Source: Thermoplasmatota archaeon
GTDB lineage: Archaea; Thermoplasmatota; E2; DHVEG-1
DNA: 64,000 nucleotides
Assembly (NCBI GenBank): GCA_041650455.1
Contig: JBAZLE010000001.1
Coordinates: 157-64,156 of the forward strand
Direction: 5' to 3'
Positions 45,996 through 57,330 of this stretch are shown here, piece by piece. A program made the position numbers and the translations under genes. How positions within the stretch are numbered: position 1 is the stretch's first letter; every line of letters begins with the position of its first letter. The notes beneath the pieces were generated by a model. The model was not told where the DNA came from. It saw only the letters and a list, made by a program, of their open reading frames with translations, and did no database searches.

Positions 45996-46355
45996 TTACG
46001 ATTGTGTCAATTTCAGGATGGCCTCTGCAAGGTCCCCGTTCGTCTCCTGTAACGCCTTTCGCACCTCTGCCTCGGATTTGCCTGTTTGTTCCATGATCAA
46101 CTGAATATCCTCTTTTTGTGTGTCTTGGGGCTCTTGACCTCTGTTTTTCACGGTTGGGTTCCCGATGATTTGGAACGTCTTCTGACCCTGCGCCTCCATC
46201 ACCGTCACCTCCGCGGAGTCAAAGATATATTCCTTTGTGTCTGTTTCAATAATTACCTTCTCTACATTATCGATGTTCTTGACATTGATCCCGAAACGTT
46301 TCATCATCTGAGCAAGTTGCCTGCTATTCATCTTCCCTGGCATCATAGGTAACAA
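45996..46355 (-). CDS. nac: Nascent polypeptide-associated complex protein (NAC alpha) with a C-terminal UBA-like domain
   Basis: NAC domain (KMNSRQLAQMMKRFGINV...FQIIG) followed by EAEVRKALQETNGDLAEAILKL. Confidence 0.85.
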   Translation of the reverse strand: MLPMMPGKMNSRQLAQMMKRFGINVKNIDNVEKVIIETDTKEYIFDSAEVTVMEAQGQKTFQIIGNPTVKNRGQEPQDTQKEDIQLIMEQTGKSEAEVRKALQETNGDLAEAILKLTQS

Positions 46356-46410
46356 ATCCTGGTATGGTTCCGAAGCATATATAGCGTTCTATTCGTTTAA
46401 CATTTTTGGT

Positions 46411-47862
46411 ATGATATCAGAAGCAGAAATGAAAGTGCTGGATCGGAACGCTGAGTACTTTGGAGTACCAACGTTGCATCTCATGGAGAATGCAGGCAGA
46501 GGTGTCGCTGAGTTTGTCAGAAACACCATCAAAGACACAAAAAAAACCATCCTTCTCCTGTGTGGAACCGGAAACAACGGAGGGGATGGGTTTGTCGCAG
46601 CGCGGTATCTCACGCAATATTACAAGGTGACTATCTTTCTTGCTGGAGCGGAGGTCAAAACGGAAAATGCCAAGGAGAATTTCCATAAACTCCAAACCTA
46701 CGAAGTAAAAATCTACAACTCCTTACAAGACCTAGACCGACTTCTGACAGAACACGAAGTCCTCATCGACGCGCTCCTTGGGACCGGGCTTTCCGGTGAG
46801 CTGAAAGACCCCTATTCCACGATGGTAAAAAAAATCAAACAAACACCGAAAAAAATCATCCTCTCTGTTGATGTCCCGACCGGTCTGGGTTCCACACAAG
46901 CAATCAAACCTGATTACACGCTTACATTTCATGAGAAAAAAGAAGGGATGAATGAAACGAACAGCGGAAAAATCACGATCGTTGACATCGGTATCCCTCA
47001 AGAGGCGCTCGCCTATGTCGGACCCGGGGAGCTTTCCGTGTTCTATCCACGTCATGCGCAAAAATCACACAAAGGCGATAACGGGATCGTCCTGGTGATC
47101 GGTGGCGGACCGTATATTGGAGCACCCGCGCTCAGTGGTCTTGCTGCACTACGAACCGGTGTCGATCTGGTCTATATTGCAACACCACAACGTTCCTGGG
47201 AATCTGTCGCTGCGTTTTCACCAAATTTCATTGTCAAAGATCTCACACATGATCTGCTTACGAAAGAAGACATCCCGATTATCGAAGAACTTCTTGGAAA
47301 ATGCACCGGAGTCATTCTTGGCCCCGGGCTTGGCACTGCCTCAGAAACAGAAGAAGCCATTCTCCCGTTACTTCAATGTATCATCGCGGAAAAAAAACCC
47401 TTAGTCCTGGATGCAGATGCCATCAAACCCGTCGGAGAAAACCTTTCACTCATTAAAAATTCACCAACTGTCGTCACTCCCCATGTCGGTGAATTCAAAA
47501 AACTCACAGGAATCGCACTGTCACAGGACCTTGACACGCGGATTGCGGTCGTGAAAGAATGGGCCAAAAAACTCGGGATAACGATTTTCTTAAAAGGATA
47601 CATTGATATCCTCAGCGACGGAGAACACATCAAACAAAATAAAGTCCATAATGAAGCGATGACCGTTGGCGGGACCGGAGACGTCCTGGCAGGCATCATT
47701 GGAGCGTTACTCTCAAAAGGAGTACGACCGTTTGAGGCTGTCAGGATCGCCGCATTCCTCAACGGAGAAGCAGGTAACGAGACATTTCAAAAAAAATCCT
47801 ATGGGTTGCTTGCCACCGATATCATCGATGAAATCCCGACTATCCTGAAAAAATATCTCTAA
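46411..47862 (+). CDS. nnr: Bifunctional NAD(P)H-hydrate repair enzyme Nnr (epimerase plus dehydratase)
   Basis: YjeF-N CGTGNNGGDG motif followed by a carbohydrate-kinase-like C-domain (GGGPYIGAP, GTGDVLAG). Confidence 0.85.
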   Translation: MISEAEMKVLDRNAEYFGVPTLHLMENAGRGVAEFVRNTIKDTKKTILLLCGTGNNGGDGFVAARYLTQYYKVTIFLAGAEVKTENAKENFHKLQTYEVKIYNSLQDLDRLLTEHEVLIDALLGTGLSGELKDPYSTMVKKIKQTPKKIILSVDVPTGLGSTQAIKPDYTLTFHEKKEGMNETNSGKITIVDIGIPQEALAYVGPGELSVFYPRHAQKSHKGDNGIVLVIGGGPYIGAPALSGLAALRTGVDLVYIATPQRSWESVAAFSPNFIVKDLTHDLLTKEDIPIIEELLGKCTGVILGPGLGTASETEEAILPLLQCIIAEKKPLVLDADAIKPVGENLSLIKNSPTVVTPHVGEFKKLTGIALSQDLDTRIAVVKEWAKKLGITIFLKGYIDILSDGEHIKQNKVHNEAMTVGGTGDVLAGIIGALLSKGVRPFEAVRIAAFLNGEAGNETFQKKSYGLLATDIIDEIPTILKKYL

Positions 47863-47899
47863 CCTTCTTTTAACACCATTTTTTCGAAGAAGTATCTCT

Positions 47900-48190
47900 C
47901 TATTCCCAGATTGCTTTGACTTCCTGGTGTTTCACAAGCTCTCCAGCAACTTGATACAACACCCATGCGAGAAAGGCGGGTTCTTGTTTCATCTCCTCAG
48001 AGAGTACTGTAGCGATCTTCTGTTTCATCTCTTGTTCTAGTTTATCAGGATTTTTCGGCCACTCTGCATACTGATATTTTTTCATCCATTCTGCAGTGTG
48101 GTTGATCACTTCGGTCTTTCTATCCGCGATCTTCCGTACTGCTTTCTCAGTTTTTTTCACAAACATTCCCGACGATTTCTTTTCCCACAT
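47900..48190 (-). CDS. Hypothetical protein (96 aa)
   Basis: Isolated ORF with reasonable composition and no recognisable motif. Confidence 0.35.
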   Translation of the reverse strand: MWEKKSSGMFVKKTEKAVRKIADRKTEVINHTAEWMKKYQYAEWPKNPDKLEQEMKQKIATVLSEEMKQEPAFLAWVLYQVAGELVKHQEVKAIWE

Positions 48191-48314
48191 GATTCCATCC
48201 TTACCACAGATATCGCTCTGAGCGATAAAAGCCTTTATGTTATGTTAAAAAAACGTTTAAGAACTCTTTTGTAATCAGCGGTTTAGATGAAGTATTTCCC
48301 AATATAGGTGACCT

Positions 48315-49064
48315 ATGCAGCCAAACCTTCAACCACTCATCGATGAGCCCGCGCTTCTGCTCAAAGAAAAAAACTTGCTTGTCATTGCAGATCTTCACAT
48401 TGGTATCGAAAGCGAATTACGGGAAAAGGGACTGCAAGTGCCCTCCCAGACAAAGTTAATGGAAGAACGATTGATTTCCCTTGTTACAAAACACACCATA
48501 CAGGATATTATTTTTCTTGGAGATATTAAACATACGATTCCTTCTTCGACTCGTGAAGAACGGACGGATGTGAAAAACTTTCTGGGTGTTATGAAATCGT
48601 ATGGTACCCTTCACATTCTCCCAGGGAATCATGATGGGAATATTAATCGGTTCCTCGCACCCGGTATTCAACTTCATCCCTCTGATGGGTTTGTTTTTGA
48701 GGGAATCGGCTTTACCCATGGTCACCGTAAACCCTCTCCTGACGTTATGCACTGCGATCAAGTGGTCATCGGTCATTCTCATCCATTGGTATTATTAATA
48801 GATCGTCTTGGTTATCGGACGTTTGAACAATGTTGGTTGAGAGGTTCTCCGCTTCCTCATATTCTCCAAGAGAAATATCCTGAGTCACCAACGTCCCAAA
48901 TTCTTCTCATGCCCGCGTTTAACCCGTTATGTGGCGGAACCGCGGTGAATCAAGATTCCTTGCTGGGGCCGTTTAGTTCCCTTATTGATGTGGACAATGC
49001 TGAGTTGTATCTGCTGGATGGTTCGTCACTGGGGAAAGTCAAAGACATCAGAGAATCAAGTTAA
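48315..49064 (+). CDS. Metallophosphoesterase (ICC/MJ0037-like)
   Basis: LVIADLHIG, GDIKH, GNHD and GHSH motifs. Confidence 0.75.
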   Translation: MQPNLQPLIDEPALLLKEKNLLVIADLHIGIESELREKGLQVPSQTKLMEERLISLVTKHTIQDIIFLGDIKHTIPSSTREERTDVKNFLGVMKSYGTLHILPGNHDGNINRFLAPGIQLHPSDGFVFEGIGFTHGHRKPSPDVMHCDQVVIGHSHPLVLLIDRLGYRTFEQCWLRGSPLPHILQEKYPESPTSQILLMPAFNPLCGGTAVNQDSLLGPFSSLIDVDNAELYLLDGSSLGKVKDIRESS

Positions 49065-49113
49065 TCTTAAATATACCATATGATATACGAAACCGACTTA
49101 TTACAACCTACCG

Positions 49114-49296
49114 ATGTCTATGGAACTGAATCTCTCTGAAAAAGTCAGCAGCCTACTGCAGGCAATATTTCTCCTTATTCTACCTTGGATTGTCCTCATT
49201 ATCGGACTTGTGGTATCAATTGAGAATGTCTGGTTTTACCTGTTATGTGTCACTTGGTTTGGTTGTGGTCTTATCTTTTTTGAAACCTTGAATTAG
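49114..49296 (+). CDS. Small membrane protein (60 aa)
   Basis: Two predicted TM helices. Weak support. Confidence 0.3.
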   Translation: MSMELNLSEKVSSLLQAIFLLILPWIVLIIGLVVSIENVWFYLLCVTWFGCGLIFFETLN

Positions 49297-49496
49297 CATA
49301 GTTGGATGTTACTCGTTTTTTATTCAATCTAAAATGATTCTCTCTCATATGCTGACGTGTATTCAAAGGAAAATAAGGAGGGGGATGCATTAAAAGTGGG
49401 AATTTTTTCTTTTTCATCGATTCCCTCTGGAAAACGCCGATAGTTATATATATTTGAATTAATATACTAATACAGTTAATTGAAAAGGAGGAATAC

Positions 49497-50921
49497 ATGA
49501 AGAAAATATTATGCGTAGCAATTTGTATGCTGATGTGCGTTACCACCGGAGTGGTAGCTGGGACCGAAACACAAGATGCAAATCCTGACCCGCAAGTTCT
49601 TGTACAGAGCACAACCCCGAACCGAGATATGTGGGATGTCCAATTTAACTACCCGGTGGGTGTCGACACAGGTTCTCTCTATCTGGGTGGTTGCGGATTT
49701 GACGGGACGTACTTCTATGCCCCTGAGTGGAATTCTGCAACTATTTATCGATTTGATATAGACGGTACCTATCTTGATTCGTTTACCATCTCTGGAGTGT
49801 CTAGTCTAAGAGATCTCACCTATGATGGGACCTATTTTTATGGTGGTAATGCCGCTGGCTTGTTTTTATGGCAAATGGATTTCACGGCTCACACGCTTGT
49901 TTCCACCATTTCACTTCCTGTGGCAGCTCGATCCTGTGCCTATGATGCGGATAATGATGGTTTTTGGGTGAATGTCTGGAGTACTGATTTGATATTATAC
50001 AGTCGAGCGGGTGTGGAACTGGATAGAATCACCGCTCCCGAGAGTCTGTACGGATCTGAATGGGATGGTTGGACGAAAATTGATGGATACGAGGGCCCGT
50101 TCCTCTGGGTGTTCACCGGAACTTCTACTGGTGTGGATGGTATCGTAAAAGCATATGATATTCCAACCAAGGCGTTAACCACGACTTCCCATAATGTCGC
50201 TCAAGAACTCGGTGCTGGTATCGCAGGTGGGTTATTCGCTACTGAGCTATTTGAGACAGGGACTTTCACGTTAGGTGGTATCTGCCAAGGGTCTACCAAC
50301 GACTATATGTTTGGATATGAATTATGCACGACGAATGCACCCCCTGAGACTCCTGGTGCACCAACTGGACCAGCAAGCGGTACCATTGGCGTCTCCTACT
50401 CATTTAGCGCAACCACCACTGACCCTGAGGGAGAAAACGTCGCGTACATGTTCGACTGGGGCGATGGAACATTCAGCGATTGGACCGCATATGTTGCATC
50501 TGGTGCAGCTGGCTCAGCATCTCATTCCTACCCACTACCCGGGGATTACGTTATTAAAGCAAAAGCAAAGGATATCAACGGTGGAGAAAGCGACTGGTCT
50601 GATGGCCACACCATTACTATCCTTGACGCACCCCTTCCTAGGGTTGAATGGATTAAAGGCGGGTTATTCAAGGTGTCCGCATCCGTCACAAATATGGGTG
50701 GCGTCGCGGCAACGAATGTTCCTTGGACTATCTCACTGGCCGGTGGTGCCTTCATTGGAAAAGAAACCACGGGAACCATCGCAAGTATTGACCCAGGCGT
50801 TCGTGAGACCATCAAATCAAAATTCATCCTTGGATTCGGAGCAACAGTTATCACTGTCACGTTCGGAGACGATACGAAGACACAGGATGCACAGATTCTC
50901 CTCTTCTTCATTAAAATATAA
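49497..50921 (+). CDS. Secreted PKD-domain protein
   Basis: Signal peptide MKKILCVAICMLMCVTTGVVAG. PKD motif YMFDWGDGTFSDW. AAGGAGG Shine-Dalgarno upstream. Confidence 0.7.
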   Translation: MKKILCVAICMLMCVTTGVVAGTETQDANPDPQVLVQSTTPNRDMWDVQFNYPVGVDTGSLYLGGCGFDGTYFYAPEWNSATIYRFDIDGTYLDSFTISGVSSLRDLTYDGTYFYGGNAAGLFLWQMDFTAHTLVSTISLPVAARSCAYDADNDGFWVNVWSTDLILYSRAGVELDRITAPESLYGSEWDGWTKIDGYEGPFLWVFTGTSTGVDGIVKAYDIPTKALTTTSHNVAQELGAGIAGGLFATELFETGTFTLGGICQGSTNDYMFGYELCTTNAPPETPGAPTGPASGTIGVSYSFSATTTDPEGENVAYMFDWGDGTFSDWTAYVASGAAGSASHSYPLPGDYVIKAKAKDINGGESDWSDGHTITILDAPLPRVEWIKGGLFKVSASVTNMGGVAATNVPWTISLAGGAFIGKETTGTIASIDPGVRETIKSKFILGFGATVITVTFGDDTKTQDAQILLFFIKI

Positions 50922-50955
50922 GTATAGAGTGAACGAGAGGAACTCTAGCACCTTC

Positions 50956-50995
50956 GAAGGGATTAGTCCCTTCCTCTTTTTTTCTTTTTATTTTC
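50956..50995 (+). terminator. Hairpin plus T-rich tract downstream of the PKD gene
   Basis: GAAGGGA-TTAG-TCCCTTC (7-bp stem) followed by CTCTTTTTTTCTTTTTATTTT. Confidence 0.4.
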
Positions 50996-51310
50996 AATTC
51001 ATCAGATGAGAGATTATCCAGACGGAGTATAGAGAATTTGAAACCTTTAAGTTGATGCAAGACGATGGAGGTCAGGCACTTGAATGATTGAGGGTGGCGG
51101 TCTGGTGATAGGAACGATGTTGTGCTTCTTCTCTCACGTTTTCACGAATGCAAAGGAACGATGTCAAAGATTAACAATGTAAATGAGGGAATGGTAACTA
51201 CAATGGTTTTGGAGGAGGAAAAGAGGATACCAAAGGGATTGATGTCACCGATGAAGAAAACCTAAAATGATTTAAATCACCTACCGTATTCAGTTTTCCT
51301 GTTGATCGGG

Positions 51311-52936
51311 ATGGTTAATTATATTATCGTCACAGGCGGAGTCATTTCTGGGTTAGGAAAAGGAATCACAACCGCATCGATTGGAAAGATTCTAAAGAAT
51401 CACGGATATAAGGTCACCGCGATTAAAATCGACCCCTACATCAACTTTGATGCAGGAACCCTCCGACCAACGGAACACGGCGAGGTCTGGGTCACCGAAG
51501 ATGGTGGGGAAATCGACCAGGATCTTGGCCACTACGAACGCTTTTTGGACATCAACATTCCCAAGTGCAACAACATCACCACCGGTCAAGTCTACAGCGC
51601 GGTCATCGAAAAGGAACGAAACGCCAAATACCGTGGGAAAACCGTCCAACCAATCCCGCATGTTACCGATGAAATCAAACGACGGATTCGCGCACCAGGC
51701 GAAGAAACAAAAGTTGATTTCGTCCTCGTCGAAATCGGTGGAACGGTCGGTGACTACGAAAATGTCTTGTTCCTCGAGGCAGTCCGTCAGATGAAGCATG
51801 AGGGAGAAAAAGTCATATACATCCACGTCACGTATGTCCCAGTCCTCAAATCAGTTGGTGAGGCAAAAACCAAACCAACCCAACATTCCGTCAAACTCCT
51901 CCGTGAGATTGGTATCCAACCTGATTTCATCATTACCCGTTCTGAAAAACCACTCGATGATGTACGGAAGGAAAAAATCGCTTTGTTCTGTAACGTCTCC
52001 GGGGAAGACGTCATTTCAGATTCAAATATCGATAATGTCTACGGGGTTCCCTTGTTATTCGAGGAGCAAGACCTCTGTAAAAAAATTCTCAGAAAACTAG
52101 GATTACGGAAAGAAGAACATGATTTCAACACATGGAAAAATTACATCGCGAAAATCCGGAAATTAGACAAAAAGGTAAAAATCGGCATCGTCGGGAAATA
52201 TTTTGATATTGGAGCATTCAAGTTATCTGATTCGTATATCTCCGTTATCGAGGCAATCAAGCATGCCTCATGGAATAACAATGTCAAACCCGAGATCGAA
52301 TGGATCGACTCAAAAATCTTCGAAAAAAAGGTACGGAAGATCGTCAATCTGAAGAAATTCGATGCAATCATTGTCCCTGGTGGGTTTGGTCTCTCTGGTG
52401 TGGATGGGAAGATTGCAACCATTAAATATGCTCGAGAGAACAACATCCCCTATCTTGGGTTATGCCTTGGTATGCAACTAGCGGTGGTAGAATATGCACG
52501 AAACGTCTGCGGGTTGAAAGATGCGAATACCACAGAGGTGGAAAAAAACACATCACATCCCGTAATTGATTTCATCCCTGATCAAGTCAAAATCGTCACA
52601 GAATCAAGGTATGGTGCAACCATGCGACTTGGTGCGTATCCAGCGATTCTCTCTGAAGGATCCGTCATCCGAAAATTATATAACGATACACATAAGGTCT
52701 ATGAACGTCACCGACATCGCTTCGAAGTCAATCCTAAATATATAGAAATACTTGAGAACAAAGGCTTGGTGTTCTCTGGGCGTTCCCCTGATGGGATCCT
52801 TATGGAGTTTATGGAGTTACCCAGTCATCCCTATTTTATCGCAACCCAGGCACACCCCGAGTTCAAATCGCGACCGATGAAACCTGCACCTCTCTTCGAT
52901 GGGCTGATCAAAGCAGCCAAGAAAAAGAAAGAATAA
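51311..52936 (+). CDS. pyrG: CTP synthase
   Basis: Full-length match: YIIVTGGVISGLGKG, glutamine amidotransferase LGLCLGMQ, and the H..E triad region. Confidence 0.95.
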   Translation: MVNYIIVTGGVISGLGKGITTASIGKILKNHGYKVTAIKIDPYINFDAGTLRPTEHGEVWVTEDGGEIDQDLGHYERFLDINIPKCNNITTGQVYSAVIEKERNAKYRGKTVQPIPHVTDEIKRRIRAPGEETKVDFVLVEIGGTVGDYENVLFLEAVRQMKHEGEKVIYIHVTYVPVLKSVGEAKTKPTQHSVKLLREIGIQPDFIITRSEKPLDDVRKEKIALFCNVSGEDVISDSNIDNVYGVPLLFEEQDLCKKILRKLGLRKEEHDFNTWKNYIAKIRKLDKKVKIGIVGKYFDIGAFKLSDSYISVIEAIKHASWNNNVKPEIEWIDSKIFEKKVRKIVNLKKFDAIIVPGGFGLSGVDGKIATIKYARENNIPYLGLCLGMQLAVVEYARNVCGLKDANTTEVEKNTSHPVIDFIPDQVKIVTESRYGATMRLGAYPAILSEGSVIRKLYNDTHKVYERHRHRFEVNPKYIEILENKGLVFSGRSPDGILMEFMELPSHPYFIATQAHPEFKSRPMKPAPLFDGLIKAAKKKKE

Positions 52937-52941
52937 CACCC

Positions 52942-53964
52942 TTACATTGTCTTCGGCTCAAAAATCGTTTTATGCAGCACCAGGTTACTTGCGAAAAACC
53001 ATATCGGAGGGATGAAGGCAACGAGGATGATGTACATATTCAACGAGCTTAACATAAGGGGGGTAGTCGCATACATGAAAATAACAATGATCCCAATCCA
53101 TCTCCTGATACGTGCCCGGTCGAAGGTTTTAATCGAAAACATTTTATGAATAGAAAAAAACGTAGCAATCGCAAGCAACACCAGTACTATTATCTGCCAG
53201 AGGTTGTACGATAATCCCAAAACAACAAAGGGGAGGAAAATCAAGCCGATCCGTAGGATTTCTATCAGATATCCTGTCGTTTTAAACGAGAGAGGTAAAG
53301 CAATAACGCCCGCCTGTATCTTTGCCCCGAGGCGTATCGCAACTGTGTTCGCACTCCCTGCTTTATCATGGTCGATATCCTTAACGGCACCATTTATCAT
53401 ATTCATGAAAAGAACCTGTATCCCTCCTATTAAGGCGACAATATAGGTTAACCCTGTCGGAGTACCGATTGTCCATGCTCCAAAGAGAATCAGGAAAAAA
53501 ATAGCACCGGCAAGCACAAGATCCATTCCCGGGTATTTCTTGCTCAGCACATCATAAAGAGTTGCTAAGAAATACGCGATAAGAAGAATGGAGGCAAGTA
53601 CAAGAAAAGTAAAAAACTCAGAGAAAAAAACAAAAGATAGGAGGAACGAACCAATCATACAAACAATTGCAAAAAGTACTGCACGCGTTCGGGTAAGACT
53701 TCCTCGGACTAACGGTCGAGCGAGCAGTTCTTTGGAGAGCTTATCGAGTCGAACGTCGATGACATCGTTAATCACAAATCCGTAAATATGGGCGAGACAT
53801 CCGATGATGAATAAAATACATAACTGCCAAAGAGGTAACGAGCCCACATCCCCCATAGACAACGCACCGAGAACAGGAGCAACAGCGGTAAGGCCCATGT
53901 TGAACAGACGTGTTATCTCAATGTAATCACGGAGCATTAACACAGAAGTAAACCAGAGCCCCAT
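52942..53964 (-). CDS. UbiA family prenyltransferase (DGGGP synthase-like)
   Basis: Polytopic membrane protein with NDVIDVRLD (NDxxDxxxD) and a second Asp-rich motif. Confidence 0.75.
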   Translation of the reverse strand: MGLWFTSVLMLRDYIEITRLFNMGLTAVAPVLGALSMGDVGSLPLWQLCILFIIGCLAHIYGFVINDVIDVRLDKLSKELLARPLVRGSLTRTRAVLFAIVCMIGSFLLSFVFFSEFFTFLVLASILLIAYFLATLYDVLSKKYPGMDLVLAGAIFFLILFGAWTIGTPTGLTYIVALIGGIQVLFMNMINGAVKDIDHDKAGSANTVAIRLGAKIQAGVIALPLSFKTTGYLIEILRIGLIFLPFVVLGLSYNLWQIIVLVLLAIATFFSIHKMFSIKTFDRARIRRWIGIIVIFMYATTPLMLSSLNMYIILVAFIPPIWFFASNLVLHKTIFEPKTM

Positions 53965-54022
53965 AAAAAACCATCGGTGTCCTACCTATAGCTTTTTATA
54001 CCGATGTCTATTTTTTTCTTCT

Positions 54023-55039
54023 GTGCTAGAAAAACTTCGCTCGTTCGCAGACATCGGTCGGACGCAAGGGATTACCACATCGGCGTCCGTTGCGATAGTT
54101 GGTGCCTTAACCTCAACAATCTCCGTGGAATGGTACCATATCGTTTATTTAACGATCCTTTCGATTTTCGCCCACATGGTCTTAAACACCTATATTGCGT
54201 TAGGCGATGTCGAACTTGACGCACAAACGTATGTCCCATCCAGAAACCCGGTTATTAGTGGTCTTCTAACGAAAAGAGAAGCAATACTGTTTTTCTATAC
54301 TGGGACTATCGTTTGTCTACTGTTAATTGCACTTCTTTTATTCTCAATTGATTCTCTCTTTGTTCTCCTGTGCTTTCTATGCTCCATTCCTGCCTTTGGA
54401 TCTCTCATCTGGTATGGTTGGAAAGGGAAAAAAGTCATCATCTCTTATGATTTTACATTTTCAATTTCATATACCTTTTTTGTACTCTTCGGAGTATTCG
54501 CGGTAGGAGGGATGCCAACAACATATACCTGGATTTTCATTGGGGCTGTCATCTTTGCAGCTACCGCGTTTGCTCAATGGGAAAACGGTCTGAAGGACGT
54601 TGATGCAGACCGCAGTGTCGGAGTCAAGAGCTTTGCTGTTGTCACTGGTGTGAGAAACAATCAAAAACTTCATTTTACACACCCATACTTCCTCTATGGA
54701 TGTAGTTTAAAAATCGGATTCCTTCTCTGCGTTTTTCTCGGATATTGGTACTCGCGGGACATCAATTATCTGCTCTTCTTTTTAGTGTACGGAATTCCAT
54801 CCCAGATCTACATTATGTATCGATTTTTAGTAAAACAAAAACCACAAGACCACCGACGAACAATTCTTCTTGATGTGACCTTTACTGCAATCCTTGCGTA
54901 CTCAACCATCTACGGGTACACCGGAATCGTGCCTATTGTCTTACTGATTATCTACCTCATTGGGGGATACCTGATTGGATCTTTGATACAATCAAATTGT
55001 GAATTTAAATTTGGAAGATTCTCTGTTTTACGGAAATAA
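54023..55039 (+). CDS. Second UbiA family prenyltransferase (divergent paralog)
   Basis: Polytopic protein with ALGDVELD and ENGLKDVDADRS Asp-rich motifs. Confidence 0.7.
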   Translation: MLEKLRSFADIGRTQGITTSASVAIVGALTSTISVEWYHIVYLTILSIFAHMVLNTYIALGDVELDAQTYVPSRNPVISGLLTKREAILFFYTGTIVCLLLIALLLFSIDSLFVLLCFLCSIPAFGSLIWYGWKGKKVIISYDFTFSISYTFFVLFGVFAVGGMPTTYTWIFIGAVIFAATAFAQWENGLKDVDADRSVGVKSFAVVTGVRNNQKLHFTHPYFLYGCSLKIGFLLCVFLGYWYSRDINYLLFFLVYGIPSQIYIMYRFLVKQKPQDHRRTILLDVTFTAILAYSTIYGYTGIVPIVLLIIYLIGGYLIGSLIQSNCEFKFGRFSVLRK

Positions 55040-55057
55040 AAAAAAACAGACCCTTAT

Positions 55058-57255
<2,198 letters not shown>

Positions 57256-57330
57256 ACAAACACATCTGAGAATCAATCTGTTTAGGAGGTATTTTCCATA
57301 CGTCTTTAAACGTTTCTGATATAGGCTAGT

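Noticed and set aside
50940-50995. TTCGAA-containing segment that looked tRNA-like at a glance
   Set aside because: No cloverleaf forms. It folds as a simple 7-bp hairpin followed by a T-tract, so it is called a terminator-like element instead.
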